From Azolla caroliniana (taxonomy: Eukaryota > Plantae > Polypodiophyta), in assembly GCA_043228905.1 (NCBI GenBank), contig JBHGNT010000016.1:15252001-15316000 (forward strand): a stretch of DNA of 64,000 bases, given 5' to 3'. A program made the position numbers and the translations under genes. Below are positions 60,501-64,000 of the stretch, piece after piece (within the stretch, counting starts at the first letter, position 1; the number at the start of each line of letters is the position of its first letter). Under the pieces are notes generated by a model. It had not been told where the DNA came from. It saw only the letters and a list, made by a program, of their open reading frames with translations, and did no database searches.

Positions 60501-61274
60501 AAATCGTAAACGAAAACCGAACCGACTGGGATACAAAGCTACAAAGCGCGTTGTGGGCATACCGGACAACATACAAGACCAGTATCCGGACGACACCATT
60601 CCGGTTAGCATTTGGATTGGAAGCAGTCATGTCGATGGAATTTCAAATTCCAAGCTTTCGAATACAGGTTCGGGAACGGTTAAGCGAGAGGGAATCGGAA
60701 AAGATCTGGCTGGCAACTTTATTTGAATTAAAAGAGCACCAAATAGCCAGTGTGCTACAATTGGAGCCGGATCAAAGAAGATGGAAAGCATTTGTGGACC
60801 GGCAAAAAAAGGGAAATGAAAAACAGTTCGGAATCGGCAAGGTAGTATTAGTGTTCTAGATCCACATGGGCGCAATGCCAAGAAAGCTAGGGTTTTGGTG
60901 GACCGGGCCGTATTGGATAACGCGAGAATTTAAGGGGTCCTATCAACTCGGCACATTAGCCGTTGTAGTTCTAGAGAAGTAGGTTAATGGATTCCGGCTA
61001 AAACCCTACCACAGACAAATGCCACGAGACCCGTTCGAGCAATGGGACAATGGAACTGAAGCTGGTAGAGGAAACCAGGAGCCAGTATCTGATTTGGTGG
61101 CGCCAGATATTACCGAAGTATAATACCACCTGTCAGTAATTAAAAAAAGAAGAAGAGTGTGGCACATTAAAGAAAAAGGAACGGACACCACAAAAAGATG
61201 TCAGCCATTTAAAGCGCACCACGCAACATACCACTACTATTATAGTACAAAACGTGCATGCACAGGAATCAAGA
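57520..61274 (+). mobile_element. Element L: degraded internal fragment of the E lineage (end of gag, protease, RT, RNase H, integrase, 3' spacer)
   Basis: Broken ORFs highly similar to the E polyprotein; no LTR in the window. Confidence 0.88.
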
Positions 61275-61656
61275 TGTTAGGATCTTGGTCCCTCCGGATA
61301 GGATACGAAGGCCTGGCATCGGAAGACCCAGTGAGAACCGGATGACGAGTACCCGGCAAGGAAGACCTGGTGAGAACCGGATGTTGCAAGCCCGGCATCG
61401 GAAGACCCGGTGAGAACCGGATGACGAGTACCCGGCAAGGAAGACCCGCTGAGAACCGGATGTTGTAGGCCCGGTGAGAACCTCTCACCGGATGAAGGGA
61501 CACATGTGTAGATATGTTTATGAGAGCCCATTGGGGCTATATCTGTAAATAGTCCTAATGTCATATTAGTATAAATGTGACCTAGGGCAAACAATGTGAT
61601 GGGGATCATAGTTGTTGTTATTACCTTTGTATACCGTGATTGGTGTAACGACTGTA

Positions 61657-61692
<36 letters not shown>

Positions 61693-64000
61693 GTGAGTGA
61701 GTGATACAGAGCATGTCTCTGTTGTAATCGCCGCCAGGCGAAGATTGTGAGCAAGAGGTCGTTGCCTCCGTGCTCCCTGTTGTACTCCTTGACATAGTGA
61801 TAGTTTGGAGTCTGTGGACTCCCGTAGTTTTTCCCTCTCAGGGTTTTCCACGCTAACATCCTGTGTATTCTCTTTCTGTTTGTGTACTTACCTCCATTCC
61901 CATTTCCTCTGTGTTTGATTCTCATCAAGTGATCTATGCTTCGGTTGTGGCCGGAGATTATTCCGCATATTTCATCTCAAACTGGTATCAGAGCTCAACG
62001 ACACAGAAAAATGGACAATTCGTTGGGAGGCATGTTCAAGCTCACCGGCTCCAACTATTCAGTGTGGAAGTCGAAGATGAGGGACATGCTCGTGGTTAAA
62101 GATCTTTGGTTGCCAGTTCAGTTCGGGGACAAGAGACCAGACAAAATCGATGCCACGATATGGGAGGTGATGCACATGAACACAACGGCGTACATACGGT
62201 GCTTCATCGACATGAGTCTATACAACAACATCAATGAAGAGAGTAAGGCTCATGAGCTCTGGGAGAAGATCGGCATTATGTTTCAGAACAAAAATGTTGT
62301 TAATCAAGTTTCGGTATTTCGGAAGCTAATAAGACTTTGAAACCAAGATGGCTCCAGCATGGTGGAGCACATGAATGCCTTCCAGGGGTTGATCCACCAA
62401 GCAACATCATTGGAAGTACCTCTCGCCGATGAGGTACTAGCACTACTCATGCTCGGTTGGTTGTCACTTTAGGCAATGCCGGGCCGGAAGGGAAACAGTT
62501 ATCCCTAACAAGAGTGAAGTTGAGCTTGCTAGACGAGGAGGTGCGTCGGAAAGACAAGGATACGAGCTCCGACTCCAAAATGCTCCTTACTGAATCGGAA
62601 CGCGGAAGACAAAGGAACCGTAGTCCCCCGAACCGGGAAAATTCGGGGACACGGTCAAAGTCAAGGGGGAGGCCTACTTGCTTATATTGCGGCAAGCCAG
62701 GACACTTCCAGAAGAACTGTCGGCACTTCCGAAAGGACAAGGAAACCGAAAGTACCGATTCGAAGCGGACACCGGACCGGAACGGTAAAGACCGAAGGGG
62801 GCCGAACCGGAAGGGAATGAAGACAATCGCGGCAAGTGAAGAAGAGTTGATGCTCATCACCGAGGAGAGTGAGTTGAACCTTGCCGGCAACGAGACAACG
62901 TGGGTTGTCGATTCTGGAGCATCGTTCCACCTTACCCCGGACCGGAAATGCTTCTCATTCTACACAACCGGTGATCACGGCTGTGTCCGGATGGGGAATG
63001 AAGGTACATGCCGAATTATCGGCATAGGAGACGTATTGTTGACAACACGAACCAGATGCAAGCTGCTACTGAAGGATGTCTGACACGTTCCGGAGGTTCG
63101 ACTGAACCTGATATCAGTCGGTCGGCTAGATGATGAAGGCTACACGAGTAGCATCCGCAACGGAGTCATGAAATTTAGCAAAGGGAGCCTAATAGTGGCT
63201 CAGGCCCGGAAGGTCAACACGTTGTACCTGATGAATGCCCGGCTATGTCCGGAAGAAATGAACGTGGCTTCCGACACTGTCGGTGAGCTGCAGCACAAGA
63301 GACTGTGTCACATGAGCGTGAAGTGGATGAAGAGGCTTGCCGATGACAACCTCATTCCGGTGAAGAACGTGCATCTTGAGAGGTGCACCGACTGCCTAGC
63401 CGGTAAGCAAAACCGGACCTCCTTCCAATCAAGGCCACCGATGAGACGTAATGCACCATTGGAGTTGGTGCATACCGATGTGTGTCAAGTGGACACGAAG
63501 TCCCATGTCGGAGCGCAGTACTTTGTGACGTTCATAGATGACCATAGCAGGAGGCTATGGACCACACCGTTGAAGACAAAGGATCAGGTGTTATCCGTCT
63601 TCAAGGAGCTCCACGCAAGAGTGGAAAGAGAAACCGGACGGAAGCTGAAGTCCGTTCGAGCAAATAACGGAGGGGAATACCGGGGGCAGTTCGAGGAGTA
63701 CTGCCGCTCGAAGGGAATCCGGCTCAAATTTTCCATGCCGAAGATGCCGGAACTAAATGGGCTAGCGGAGAGGATGAACCAGACCATAATGGAAAGGGTC
63801 CGGAGTATGCTTGCGCATGCAAAATTACCCAAGACGTTTTGGGCTAGCCCATGCTAAACTACCCAAGACATTTTGGGCTGAGGCGCTGTCGACAACGACG
63901 TATGTGATAAACAAATCACGCTAAGTGGCCTTGGATGGAGACACGCCGCAAAAGGTGTGAACCGGTAAGGAAGTGTCCTATCGGCATTTGAAGGTGTTCG
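61275..64000 (+). mobile_element. Element K: Ty1/Copia (Tnt1/Tork-like, related to I), runs off the window
   Basis: LTR 61275-61979; PBS TGGTATCAGAGC at 61983-61994 (tRNA-Met-i); gag ATG at 62011; CLYCGKPGHFQKNC, WVVDSGASFH, YFVTFIDD, NGLAERMN; several stops. Confidence 0.92.
61313..61493 (+). repeat. Tandem repeats in U3 of the K LTR (about 40-bp subunits in an about 79-bp dimer)
   Basis: GGAAGACCnGTGAGAACCGGATG repeated 4-5 times. Confidence 0.85.

Noticed and set aside
61313-61493. Repeat array with short variable gaps, superficially CRISPR-like
   Set aside because: The gaps are short and themselves repeated, the array lies in a Copia LTR, and there are no cas genes

Overview
Gene-free, heterochromatin-like nuclear DNA from a seed-free land plant (inferred from the element lineages and the bryophyte/fern-type mitochondrial tRNAs; the species cannot be determined). 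Nearly the whole window is nested LTR retrotransposons. Left stack: chromovirus A (1137-27947, -, TSD GGACA) holds non-chromovirus Gypsy D (2430-17593), which holds chromovirus C (9142-14861), which holds a solo LTR. A also holds a second solo LTR (18975-19915) and the young chromovirus B (20569-26245). Right stack: Copia J contains Copia I, which contains Gypsy H. H's LTR is split by the near-intact Gypsy E (32918-42453; 2004-aa polyprotein plus a long extra ORF), and H's integrase is hit by chromovirus G, which contains Gypsy F (44470-55872, 4-bp TSD), which contains a 4.4-kb mitochondrial insertion with 7 tRNA genes. A degraded E-like copy and Copia K close the window. The most notable signals are in the cis-elements. 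(1) Gypsy families D and E have no polypurine tract; in its place is a sense copy of a tRNA-Arg 3' end, suggesting tRNA-primed plus-strand synthesis. (2) Chromoviruses B, G and C have non-tRNA PBSs complementary to their own predicted transcript 5' end, with covariation (Tf1-like self-priming). (3) Three chromovirus LTR families carry an outward-facing tRNA-like Pol III A/B-box cassette at the U3 edge. (4) There are conserved -1 frameshift signals. All alignments were made by eye; no searches were run.
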